A stretch of 63,542 nt of DNA, the filler included, from Octopus bimaculoides (Eukaryota), in assembly GCF_001194135.2 (NCBI RefSeq). It is 5 parts of 5 records of this genome, joined end to end, with 100 filler letters (N's around TTAATTAATTAA, not from the genome) between each part and the next. Parts side by side here need not be neighbours in the genome. Positions count along the whole stretch, not along the records: positions 1 to 20,795 come from NC_068985.1; 4 more parts are not named here. The stretch is one strand, 5' to 3'. Under the pieces are notes generated by a model. The model saw only the letters and a program-made list of their open reading frames with translations, ran no database searches and was not told the origin of the DNA. Position 1 is the stretch's first letter, and each line of letters begins with the position of its first letter. Of this stretch, positions 1 through 12,437 are shown piece after piece. A program made the translations under genes and the position numbers.

Positions 1-234
1 TATATATATATATGTATATATGTATATATACATATTCTATCTATATACAAACGTACCCATGGCTGGGACTAGTAACTTAAAAAAAAAATACAAAATTTGT
101 ACATCTGATACATCCTTATGTTCCTGAGTCCACTATAGTATGCTGTCACCACCGTCGCTCTTTAACCCCTTATGGGACATCCTTTATTTGATCTCACCCA
201 GCCGTTTAAACTTCAGTCATTCCAGTTAGCTCAC

Positions 235-472
235 TGCCCTTATTTGCACACTAATATTAAAATCTTCTGAATCTAAAACACATTTATCATATGTTTTGCT
301 TGATATTTTGTTAAATGCAAAGATAACGGGAAGGATTATCTCCTCGATATATTCAAGTTTGTATCGAGATCCGATTAGGCCATTTCCATAATTTCTTGTA
401 AAAAGAAGAGACAATGTTAAAAATTCAGTTGTAATTTGGATACCATGGTGCTTCCATTCTTCGAGGAGAATT
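235..472 (-). CDS. Candidate internal exon of an unidentified gene (79 codons, ILLEEWKHHG...FNISVQIRA)
   Basis: Open frame in very AT-rich DNA, bounded by a TTTAGTTTTCAG acceptor and a GCA|GTGAG donor. Only a vague resemblance to receptor ligand-binding (ANF-type) domains, and no partner exons found. Confidence 0.2.
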
Positions 473-2699
473 CTGAAAACTAAAGATTTCGTTATTTTCA
501 AATATTATAGAAACAAATATAAGGAAATTAATTTTTGTTCCAGTATTGGAAAAATACCGGACATTTTTAATTTCACAAAACATAATTCCCATGCTAACAC
601 AGAAACAGAATCAATAAGAGCTATATTATACATCAGCTGGACTTGCATATCAGTCTCAATTCCTGAACCTCTTCGATTACTTCTGAAAACTACACCTGAG
701 TAAATCAAAAAGAAATGTTATACAAAAAACAGAAATCGGTAAAATACAGCAAACTGTATATTTAATGGCCAGAAACAGAAATATTATTACATTCATTTGA
801 TTAGTACTGTTAGTACAAAGATATATTGAAATCACCCTTGTATATTAATAGTTGGGTACCATTTCTTCATGTGGTCTACCTAGCTGTCCACCGTCTATGT
901 CGCAGTCTAACCCTAAATGAAACTCTAAACCTAATCTCTATCCGTATTCCCAACATAGATCTGGTCATTTCGTAGAGTAGATTTATGCGTAAAGTGCACG
1001 CTAAATTACAACACATATTTGTTTATATCTTGGGATTTTAACAACTTCGTTAAATCTGAAATAATTCGTTTATAACAGCGGAAATCGAGGTGGATAAAGT
1101 TATAAATGATATTTTTAAATATTGGCTTAAAATCCGTCTTAATAAAAGTCAAATGTTGCTCGTCTGACTAGAAACCACATTTTCTGTAAGCATAATAGAC
1201 GTTCTTTCTTTGACCAAAAGCAAATCTTGGAGTTTCGTTATGCATTTTTGAAACTGTCGGTCTTAACTTCCGCTTTTTCTGTTGCATGCTATTATTCATG
1301 GCTGTATCTATTTCAAGTTCTGCATTTAAAGCATTTATTCGAGTCAGCATCATATACTTAAGGTTACTCGTCAGGCTACAGATAACAACCACATCACCCT
1401 TAAATGACAAATACTGTCTCAAGAAAAGAAGTAATATAAATTCAGTAACGCAACACTTAAATCGATACTAATCAAGAAGAGGAACGGATGGGGATGCCTC
1501 GGTTTCTGTTTTCCAGAGATGTGTTCTACGGTGCCAAACACAATGAATAACGACATGTTGTGTCACGGATAACAGTGACTCCCACGACAAATTCAGAACA
1601 ACGAAGCCCAGCCAAGCAGCCAGACCATTGCTGAATGATACTCATTGGAAATTTAGGTTGGATATGTTTCCCCATTTTTTTTTTCGGGAATCAGAAATGG
1701 CTATTCACAAATGCTTTCGAGGAGGCGGCAGAAACTGCTGCTGCCAATGTTTTGTTTAAACACCAGCCGGGAAGACATACACACATGCATACGCATACAC
1801 TTACACAAACACATGCACACACAGAGACACACAGACCCACACAAACTTACAGACACAGACACATATTTAGTTATAGACACACACACACTTAGAGACACGA
1901 ACACACACACGCACACTCAAACAAACACGCACACAATATATATATAAGCTATGTTGGTGTGACGACATAACACCTCAGTTCCGATTCATTTTACTTCGCT
2001 TCAGTTTCAATTGGAGATAACCATAGGGTGTATAAAAGCAATAGAATATTTAAATGCTCTATCGTTTCCATTACTTACACTTACAAGTATTCATACAAAT
2101 ATATTGATCAATCTTGTAAAATAAATCATGAATATATTTTCTGATTTTAAGCAACACATACATATATACTTACACACAGACATACACACTCACTTGTGCG
2201 CGCGCACACACACACATATGTTATGTATGTATGTATGTATGAATAGACTCTCACAAAATTTAAGTAAAAGCGTAGACTTTATTATCATTTAGAACCTGTT
2301 GGGCATTTTGTGCTAGGTTTGAACAGGTATGAATATCAGTTTAATGCCATAACATAACCGATCAATTCAGATTAGTTTTACTTCACCTCGTTTCTCTCTT
2401 GTGTTAAAACCATCGTGTATAAAAATGGATGGTATATCTAAATATAATCTTGAATATCATGCAAAGTAGGAAACTTAATCCTGCATATGTGTTGTACAAC
2501 ATTTCTTCATAGTGATATGAATATCTTGATATCGTTTTCTCTCTCCCAACTTTTATGTGGAAATTGGTCATATGCACACTCATAAACTCACATACACACA
2601 AATACAGAAACCAGTAAATGTTTCATCGTTTTCTCTATTGGAATGGAAAGAGTCGTCTTGACAGAACGGTGGCTATATTATATAAATAAATAATCTTTT

Positions 2700-2747
2700 T
2701 CGTTACGCCGTGAGTGGCTTCGGTAGATCAAAACTAAAAGAAGCCCG

Positions 2748-2783
<36 letters not shown>

Positions 2784-2955
2784 CGTGTTCCTTTGTGTGT
2801 GTTTATGCCAGTCACCGTCATTGCTGTGTTTATGTACGAGAACCGTAGCGGTTCAACAAAGTTAACCGGTAAAATAGGTTTTAGGCTTTAAAAAGTAAAT
2901 ACGTGGCAATGATTCAGCATAGCCGCTGACTGATGACTGAAACAAGTAAAAGACG
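2700..2955 (+). mobile_element. 3' part of tRNA-type SINE family B (octopus OR-like), decayed
   Basis: Shares GTGAGTGG..TTGGTAGA..AAACT.AAAGAAGCCC, a TA/TG run and the ...TGACTGAAACAAGTAAAAG tail with copies at 6.1, 23.8 and 42 kb. Confidence 0.6.
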
Positions 2956-3982
2956 ACATAGTAAAGTACTTTATCTTAACGGATTTATTCTATTAAATTG
3001 ACTTTCATTAAATTTTTACTTTAATCATCGTGTCTTTAACATTCATTCACATTTGGCAGCAAGTTCGAAGCAATCGCTTTTCGTCAATATCATACATCCC
3101 ATTAAATACTACATGAAATTATATTACTAACTTTACATATGTAGTGGAAGTGATAAAGAAGTTCTAATTTATTCTTCGTCATTAATGTGATAGTGATAGA
3201 GTAAGAGGATAATATAAGTACTTAGCGCTTCTATTTCGTATTTCATTTACGGTGAGCCACACATTAGATCATCAAGTTACAACACGATGACGCGAATAAA
3301 ATAAGAGATATCCATCTTTTGTGAGTGCGCAGCGTTCCCCTTTACGATAAATGATAACGAGAGGAGATTAACACTCCGAGACGCATACATCCGTCAGTCT
3401 GCTTAGATGGTATTTTGAACTGATTTGGTGTGTTTACACTTTTTCTCTAGTGCAAGAAAACTTCTCCATGATGGTTTTCTTACGGGTTTCAACATGATCA
3501 AAGCATATTTGAATTGCTAACAAGTTTGTAAATCCATATATACATCTCAATAGACGCATACACATGCACGTATGTACGTATGCATGTGTATATATATATA
3601 TATATNNNNNNNNNNNNNNNNNNNNNNNNNNNNNNNNNNNNNNNNNNNNNNNNNNNNNNNNNNNNNNNNNNNNNNNNNNNNNNNNNNNNNNNNNNNNNNN
3701 NNNNNNNNNNNNNNNNNNNNNNNNNNNNNNNNNNNNNNNNNNNNNNNNNNNNNNNNNNNNNNNNNNNNNNNNNNNNNNNNNNNNNNNNNNNNNNNNNNNN
3801 NNNNNNNNNNNNNNNNNNNNNNNNNNNNNNNNNNNNNNNNNNNNNNNNNNNNNNNNNNNNNNNNNNNNNNNNNNNNNNNNNNNNNNNNNNNNNNNNNNNN
3901 NNNNNNNNNNNNNNNNNNNNNNNNNNNNNNNNNNNNNNNNNNNNNNNNNNNNNNNNNNNNNNNNNNNNNNNNNNNNNNNNNN

Positions 3983-4232
3983 AGCTGATGACCTTGGTGA
4001 GAGAGACAAAAACCTGGCAAACTTATATCTTCTTTTCCAGTGAAATTCTTCACTGATATTGAAAAGGTGATACGTTCGTGCTGCAGAACGAGGTGAGAGG
4101 GATAACTTCCCTTGGCAAACAGGACACAGTCGTGTGTCGATAAGCCAGCTGGAGGAGATGTCCTCCTGGGGCTAAAAGCAACAGTAACATCCACCCCTAG
4201 GGGTCAGCCACACTTAAGTGGCAATATACTAC
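3983..4232 (+). repeat. Interspersed repeat fragment (possible LINE 3' end), with an inverted homolog at about 7075-7250
   Basis: CTGGAGGAGATGTCCTCCTGGGGCTAAAAGCAAC...CCACACTTAAGTGGCAATATA matches the reverse complement of the 7.1 kb region. Confidence 0.5.
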
Positions 4233-5110
4233 ACTTTATCGTGCAGTTACTGTTAATACTTCATTTAGAGAATTAACATTGCTTATATATATATATATAT
4301 ATACTGAAACACCAACATCTATCACACATGTACGCGTGTGTTTGTTGGTGTGGGTGTGTGTGTTAGTGTGTATGTGTCTGTATATATATATATATTTATG
4401 TGTGTGTGTGTATATATATATATTATACGATCTTCTATGTTTGTATGTTAAACTGCTTAATTTCGACTGCGCAATGACTAGTAAGTATTAGAGACAAATA
4501 AAGAAAACAAAAACAAGAAATATCACAAGCTAGGTACCCTTCGTAAGTCATTCTAAGATTTTAAATGATAAAATAAGATACTTTCCAAATACAAACATTG
4601 TTTCCTATTCCACATGAGAATATGTTTGATGTAAGTGAAATAACACATTAGAAACTCATTTATTTATTTATTTTTTAAAATCATATTTGAAGCAAATATC
4701 GTTGTACGATCGTTACAAGAAAGAGAAATCCTGAACAAAGTGTCAAACAGTGCAATATCTTCTTGTCAGCAGCTTAGGAACCTATTGTAATCTTTTTGTA
4801 CTATAGATATGCTAGCTACAAATACTTACGCCCACATATATTCCAAGAAGTATATTGACTTATGTCTTTATATACATAAACACACAGAAGTGTATTTTGT
4901 TTATAAATAAAGGCACACACACACATAAACCTGAACGAATATACGCGCGCGCGTGTGTTTATACACATACCATGATTCAAGACTGCACCAAACCATGCGT
5001 AAGTATGGAAAAATTGCACAAACACCAAGTGTCAATACGAAAGGATGGAGTGTGATCCGCACGCACACACATACACATAAAAACAGACACACACGCACAC
5101 ACTCATCTAT

Positions 5111-5452
5111 TTGCCTGTCTGTCTGTCTCTCTTTATCTATCTATCTATCTCTCTACTTATCTATATCTATCTTTGCCCCTGGCTCTGTCCGTCTGGCCGT
5201 CTGTCTGTCTGTTCGTCTGTCTGTCTGTCCGTCTGTCTGTCTATCCGTATGTCTGTCCGTCTGTCTGTCTGTCCGTCTTTCTGTCTGTCCGTCTGTCTGT
5301 CCGTATGTCTGTCTGTCCGTCTATCTGTTTGTCCGTCTGTCTGTCTGTCCGTCTGTCTGTATGTCCGTCTGTCTGTCTGTCTGTCTCTTTCTCTCTCTCT
5401 GTCTCTTTCTCTCTCTCTCCACCCCTCTCTCTCTCTCTCTCTCTCTCTCCTC
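5111..5452. repeat. Compound microsatellite (CTAT)n/(GTCT,GTCC)n/(CT)n
   Basis: Directly visible, and it explains the LSVCLSV-type ORFs. Confidence 0.95.
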
Positions 5453-6137
5453 TCTCGAGACGTGTGTGAGTGTCTGTATAATATAGGGATAGTGGCATCA
5501 AACAGTTAAGTATTTCGCGGAAAGTGATGCATTGTTAAAGTCACACTCCATGCTTTCGCATTCACACTTCGCGCTTGAAAAATGTTTCCATACTTACGCA
5601 TGGTTTTGTGTTAGGTTTTAAATCATTGTATGTGCATAAAAGAACAGACACTGACACGCACACATACATGTACACACACAGACATATACATGTGTTTGTG
5701 TGTGAGTTTATCCACACATGTAGAGGTATGTGTACGTATACCTTACTGTGCTTATGCATGCGCATGCCTTCTTTCGAACGACTCTTAAGCTACACGTCAA
5801 TAACACGTATGTGCGACTCGAAATTCCATGTGCATGTTTGTATGTCAACAGTCAGGTCATTGTTTTATGGTACTACTCTGGGACAGCAAATTCATGAAGA
5901 ACTCGCGCTGTTTTCTGTGTCATTTAAGGTATGCTGACAGTTCTACTAAGGATTCGGTCTGTCAATGCTGATATGATTTTCAAGAAAAGTTTCTTGTATA
6001 TAAAAGTCGAACTTTCCATCTAAAATCTTCATCATCAGAGCATGAAACCATAACAACCTATTTGTTAACTTTGCGCACCACTTACACACAACATACGCAT
6101 ACATATTTTATATAGATGTGTGTGCGTGTGCGGATGT

Positions 6138-6360
6138 GTCTTTGTTTCTGGGTTTGTCCTACCACAACCACATGGCAATCAGTTTCGGTGTGTTTACGTT
6201 CCTGTAACATAACGATTCAACAAGAGACTCGATAAAATAAGTAGCAGGCTTAACAAAAAAATTGGCATTCGCGTTCATTAAATTGACAAAAAATGTCCAA
6301 GGGTGGTGACCTGGAATGGCCGCAGTCTAGTGAACGAGAAAAGTGAATGATAACAGATAA
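6138..6360 (+). mobile_element. 3' tail of SINE family B, decayed
   Basis: GGTGTGTTTACGTTCC.GTAAC...AATAAGTA.CAGGCTT...ATGGCCGCAGTC motifs are shared with the 41975-42356 copy (reverse strand). Confidence 0.55.
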
Positions 6361-7074
6361 AAGATACTACAGCAATACAAATACGCCGAAACTGTATGCG
6401 CAAATCAGGGCAAGGAGTTCTAATCTTGAGTGACCATATTGAACTTCAAACTCTGTTTATAATATGGTATGGATACGTTTCTAGGCAACGAGGTCTTTGT
6501 AATACACATATATTTTAAATAAAACATTTTTATTTCGTAGGGTAATCTCAAAGATAATTGTTTGATGCACTGGAACATAGACGCACCATACTAATTCATT
6601 ATTTCTCATTGAATAATATGAAAATATATTCCAAAATTTCGAAGAAAGAAGTCAGTGAGCTGAGAGAATCGACAGCATGACGGACAAAATGCTATTTTCT
6701 ATAATCCCAATAGAACCACATTTGCGAAGGAAGTGCATAAATGGAGTCTTTATTCGAGACAGATGTAATTAAAGAAAAATACAGTCTAGACTCACTGACT
6801 GTGTTACACTCATTGTTCTAGTAAATTATGTCATGAGAACTGTGACTGTGGGATACTCAGCCACTTACATTTTAATTGGGTTATTGATTCAGTTAACTAC
6901 GGGGACCGACAATTATAACTGGATATATGTAAATATAATTTATGCATATGATAATATCACATATACTAAGGCACTCACATACATATGCATATATGTATGT
7001 AGGTAAATATGTATACGCATAAGTATATCTTTGTATATGTACCCATGCGTGTGTGTGTGTGCATAGATATATAA

Positions 7075-7420
7075 AATATATTTGCCAACTAAGTGTGGTT
7101 GTCCTTTAGAGGACGACGTAAAGGTTGTTTTTAGCCTCATGAAGACATCTCCTCCAGGTGACCAAAAATACACAGTCTGTGTCCGATTAGTATTTGCAAC
7201 GAAGGCCATTGCTCTAATCTCTAGCGTTACTCGATACACACAGACTTGGGTTTTTGGGTAGTTACCCATGTTCAGTGTGTGCTAATCATCATCATCTAGT
7301 GATGAAGAACTCATTCCATTAGCAAGATACATAAACTTCTTTCTAGCAACACACTGTCGCTGATCTCGTAAAAGGGGAGATAAGTTACATCAAATCTCTG
7401 AGCGAGAGACAGCCAGTAAC
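7075..7420 (-). repeat. Second copy of the 3983-4232 repeat family
   Basis: Reverse-strand similarity to 4130-4232. Confidence 0.45.
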
Positions 7421-7457
7421 AGTATGGAATCGTATAATATGTTTGTGAACTATATAT

Positions 7458-7493
<36 letters not shown>

Positions 7494-9194
7494 NNNNNNN
7501 NNNNNNNNNNNNNNNNNNNNNNNNNNNNNNNNNNNNNNNNNNNNNNNNNNNNNNNNNNNNNNNNNNNNNNNNNNNNNNNNNNNNNNNNNNNNNNNNNNNN
7601 NNNNNNNNNNNNNNNNNNNNNNNNNNNNNNNNNNNNNNNNNNNNNNNNNNNNNNNNNNNNNNNNNNNNNNNNNNNNNNNNNNNNNNNNNNNNNNNNNNNN
7701 NNNNNNNNNNNNNNNNNNNNNNNNNNNNNNNNNNNNNNNNNNNNNNNNNNNNNNNNNNNNNNNNNNNNNNNNNNNNNNNNNNNNNNNNNNNNNNNNNNNN
7801 NNNNNNNNNNNNNNNNNNNNNNNNNNNNNNNNNNNNNNNNNNNNNNNNNNNNNNNNNNNNNNNNNNNNNNNNNNNNNNNNNNNNNNNNNNNNNNNNNNNN
7901 NNNNNNNNNNNNNNNNNNNNNNNNNNNNNNNNNNNNNNNNNNNNNNNNNNNNNNNNNNNNNNNNNNNNNNNNNNNNNNNNNNNNNNNNNNNNNNNNNNNN
8001 NNNNNNNNNNNNNNNNNNNNNNNNNNNNNNNNNNNNNNNNNNNNNNNNNNNNNNNNNNNNNNNNNNNNNNNNNNNNNNNNNNNNNNNNNNNNNNNNNNNN
8101 NNNNNNNNNNNNNNNNNNNNNNNNNNNNNNNNNNNNNNNNNNNNNNNNNNNNNNNNNNNNNNNNNNNNNNNNNNNNNNNNNNNNNNNNNNNNNNNNNNNN
8201 NNNNNNNNNNNNNNNNNNNNNNNNNNNNNNNNNNNNNNNNNNNNNNNNNNNNNNNNNNNNNNNNNNNNNNNNNNNNNNNNNNNNNNNNNNNNNNNNNNNN
8301 NNNNNNNNNNNNNNNNNNNNNNNNNNNNNNNNNNNNNNNNNNNNNNNNNNNNNNNNNNNNNNNNNNTATATATGTACATATACATGTACATATATATGTA
8401 TACATGTATATGCACACATATTCACACGTAGACATATATCTACCTACCTACATACATACATACATACATACATGCATACATATACCTCACATATCTAAAT
8501 ATACACATGTAATTGGCCGGTATTTTTGATAAGAAATGCGGTCTACACCATTGATTGCTTCCACAACTATTCAATGTTACTATTACAAATTACCTTCGTT
8601 CTTCAGATTATCGATCAACATTTTTTTTTTCAGCAACCAATCAAATATCAATCTTTCTGCATATTATCATCACTTTCACACTCTACTTAGTATCCTCACT
8701 CCAACCTAGAAACCTACTTAGTTCTATAAACAGACTCGAATCGGATCTATTTCAACTATAAGAAAACAAACGAAGTAAACTGCACTTTCGGCCATATGCA
8801 TGTATTGGAATTCATAAAAATGGAATAGGTCCTCCGTCGATGATGACTCCTATACTTGTTTGGAGGAATCGGCGACTTACGCACGGAACTACAGTGTAAG
8901 TCGCTGAGTATGACACATATTTTTCCAACTAACACAATCCGTTTCCAGGATGCGTGTGAGAAAATGTTACAAATCGGGTCTGACAAAGCGGCTAATTAAT
9001 TTAATTTAATAATTTAACGTTCACAATCACAGTATAGGAGACTGGCCTGTATGGTCACACTTGCACCTTCAAGATACGAAGAGAATAATTGTATCAAATA
9101 TCCAGATGTGTATGTATGCATGCAAGTATGTATGCATGTATGTATGTATGTATGTATCTATGTATGTATGTATGCATGCTTACACATATGCTCT

Positions 9195-9517
9195 CTCAAA
9201 CGCTCCGTGAAGAAAGTTCGTTTAAGGATGATGACAGAAATACATGGTTCCTGAGGTGAATTATTCAACACCTCTCAACACATTGCTGTGTTGCTCCCCC
9301 ACTACTCCTGTTCGTGACCAAAGATGCACATATTGTCAGCCACTAAGGGTCATGCTCAACTGGTTAAGGTCATGCAACTGACAAGCACATTTGTGGTAAT
9401 GTGCAGAATATTTGCTGTAGCTCATCTTTTATACCAAATCAAAACGTGCACGATAACACTTCCAAGCAGTTAAGATTAGACGCCAAGAGACCCGTTCCTT
9501 GTCCTGGATCAGGCCAC
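9195..9517. mobile_element. Partial, older copy of non-coding element Y
   Basis: Aligns by eye to 10340-10652 (GATGCACATATT, TCAACTGGTTAAGGTCA, GCAGAATATTTGCTGTAGC.CATCTTTTTATACCAA). Confidence 0.75.
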
Positions 9518-9713
<196 letters not shown>

Positions 9714-9715
<2 letters not shown>

Positions 9716-10028
9716 CAGTAGTTTTATTTTTATAACGTGCTTTCTCTTCACTACCGAGCGCAGCTCTGTGTGCCTTGGGTATGTGCTGTGGTTTGCTGTG
9801 GTGCTCTTATGGTTACTGTATTGAAAGTGTTTTGCGTAGGATGTGTGCACTGCCCAATAGTGCAATTTTCTGAATGATTTATATATTTGTAAATCCTGGT
9901 GTTTTTGTTATGTATTTGTCTAAAATTTTTTTAATTATACCTAAGGCACCTACTAACATAGGAATTGTTTCTGTTTTTAGATTCCACATTCGAGTTACCT
10001 CTATTTCCAGGTCTTTGTATTTTGAAAG

Positions 10029-10031
<3 letters not shown>
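9714..10031 (-). mobile_element. 5'-truncated R4/Dong-clade non-LTR retrotransposon, copy A (end of REL domain plus 3' UTR)
   Basis: Minus strand encodes KLSKYKDLEIEVTRMWNLKTETIP..VGALGIIKK...IALLG..HILRKTLSIQ*, and it is flanked by (TAA)n on both sides. Confidence 0.8.
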
Positions 10032-10104
<73 letters not shown>

Positions 10105-10652
10105 GAGTGAGAGAGCAGTACATGACATTAAAAGTGACACTGGGGTAAAATATACGAAGCTCAGTATACCCATTATGACTACCCATCTGATAAGGGTCCC
10201 CCCAGGAACGTGCGTCACCTCCATATGTGCGCGACATTGTGACCTCGTATCAAGATAATTAATCAATGCATGACCTTGGAGGTTGGGCGCAGTTAGAATT
10301 TTCGTGTGGTCGAGTACCCCCTCCCGCTCAAAAGGTCCTTGAATGAGGGTTGTTTGAGAATGTTGAACAAGACACCTACTTTTCCAAATGTGCATTATCC
10401 AGAGCCGAAAGAATTCTTCTCAATACATGGCTATGGTGCTCCACCACTACTTATGGTCGTGATCAGAGATGCACATATTTTCAGCTATTAAGGGTCAGGT
10501 TCAACTGGTTAAGGTCAAACAATTTGTGCTATCGAGCAGAATATTTGCTGTAGCCCATCTTTTATACCAAGACAAATCAATGTACATGATAACAGTTCCA
10601 ATCAGATAAGATCAGAAGCCTTGAGAGCCACTGCCTGGTACTGCAACAGGGC
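10105..10652. mobile_element. Non-coding element Y (about 550 bp) sitting between two (TTA)n tracts
   Basis: Unique-complexity block bounded by TTA repeats at 10031-10104 and 10653-10722. It has a second partial copy at 9195-9517 and no convincing ORF. Confidence 0.65.
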
Positions 10653-10656
10653 ATTA

Positions 10657-10721
<65 letters not shown>

Positions 10722-10723
10722 GT

Positions 10724-11091
10724 TCAGTAGTTTTATTTTTATAACGTGCTTTCACTTCACTACCGAGCGCAGCTCTGTGCGCCTTGGGTATGTGCTGTGG
10801 TTTGCTGTGGTGCTCTTATGGTTACTGTATTGAAAGTGTTTTGCGTAGGATGTGTGCAGTGCCCAGTAGTGCAATTTTCTGTATGTTATATATATATTTG
10901 TAAGTCCTGATGTTTTTGTTATGTATTTGTCTGAATATTTTTTTAATTATACCTAAGGCACCTACTATGATAGGAATTGTTTCTGTTTTTAGATTCCACA
11001 CTCGAGTTACCTCTATTTCCAGGTCTTTGTATTTTGAAAGTTTTTCCATTTCTTTTAGAGAAACGTTGTCATCTGCTGGTATTGATACTGA

Positions 11092-11092
<1 letters not shown>
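10724..11092 (-). mobile_element. 5'-truncated R4/Dong-clade non-LTR retrotransposon, copy B
   Basis: SVSIPADDNVSLKEMEKLSKYKDLEIEVTRVWNLKTETIPIIVGALG...IQKIALLGTAHILRKTLSIQ* is the typical R4/Dong REL C-terminus. It is nearly identical to copy A and has (TAA)n on both sides. Confidence 0.85.
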
Positions 11093-11146
<54 letters not shown>

Positions 11147-11499
11147 GCGGGTTAAAATGTTTCTATGGCCGAAAGAAGGCCAGAAATGTAAGGAGAAAGT
11201 AGATCAGGAATAGGAATAAGAGTTTTATGAAATGGTATAAACGATGATGTGGAGAGAAGGAGAAGCTTTCAATGCAAACGATGGAATAATGGGAGGCCAA
11301 TATTTGGAAGAGGGGAAACAGAAAAAGTAACAACGAAAGTGATAACGGGGATGGAAGCTATTCAAGTTGCAAAACATGAAGAAAATGTTGAGGAAGATGT
11401 AAGGAATGAGTAAGCGAACCAGCAACAGCAATGCAAAGGGATTCTGGTAGTGAGGGAGTTAGAAAAGACAATGTTGCTGCTTAAATTCTTCCTTTTCAT

Positions 11500-11700
11500 G
11501 TTTGTTTAAACATACAACTGGATAGCATTATAAGTTTGGCATTTGGGAGTTAAAGATTGGATAGCTGTAGTGTATTATCTCTTTGATGGAGTATATATGT
11601 TAGTTGGTCTATGTATAGGTTGTGTATACATCTTCCACGTGGAAATGTTCTGGGTGTGTTGCTACATCTTTTTGTGTTTTGAATTCATGATAAGAGAATA
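11500..11700 (-). mobile_element. Possible decayed Penelope-like (GIY-YIG linker) fragment
   Basis: The minus-strand peptide TPRTFPRGRC..LYIDQLT resembles the PG.FPC..C..C.YI motif, but it is heavily disrupted. Confidence 0.3.
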
Positions 11701-12136
11701 CTAACTTTACGATATCGGAAAAGTGTTATGGCTTTCTCGAAGTTTATATCATTATTGCGTGAGACAAATCCTTGTGAATTGAAAAATAATTGGTCTATTG
11801 TAGTTAATGTGCAAACTTACAGTATCAGGAGCGTTAAATCAACAATGCAGTGTGATATTTGTGTGAAAATCTGAGAATTTTGACGTAAGGCACCGACAGT
11901 TTGCACAAAAGAAGTGAACTGTTCGCGACTTGTACGCATGCGGATAAGTATCCGTCATGCAAATACAAGCTTCCTTGGATTTCGTTCTGGTTAATAAAAA
12001 AAAAAACACATCGACTTTTGAAATGCAGAATTTATAGGTTATATTGATATATATTTTAATATGTTTGTGTGAGCGTCCGTATATCAAGGTGTATGTATAT
12101 AAATATAAGCGTGTATGCATGTATATATGTATGTAT

Positions 12137-12169
<33 letters not shown>

Positions 12170-12373
12170 TCGTATGTGAATTTCGTGTGCAAGGTTCTTG
12201 ATGTGGATACGTGTGTTGAAAGAAATACAATTAAATGGAAGTGGAGAGACAAGTTACTGAAGAGATTGCAAGAGTGCAATGAAATAATTTAACAAAAAAA
12301 CTATATAAATTAATAAAGGACTGAACCAGTGCGTGTGTTTATTACCGGCATAATGCCTCTCCCAAGGTTTAAT

Positions 12374-12437
<64 letters not shown>

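Noticed and set aside
10630-10650. TTGCAGTACC similarity of the element Y end to U2 snRNA
   Set aside because: Only about 10 nt match, with no other U2 features.
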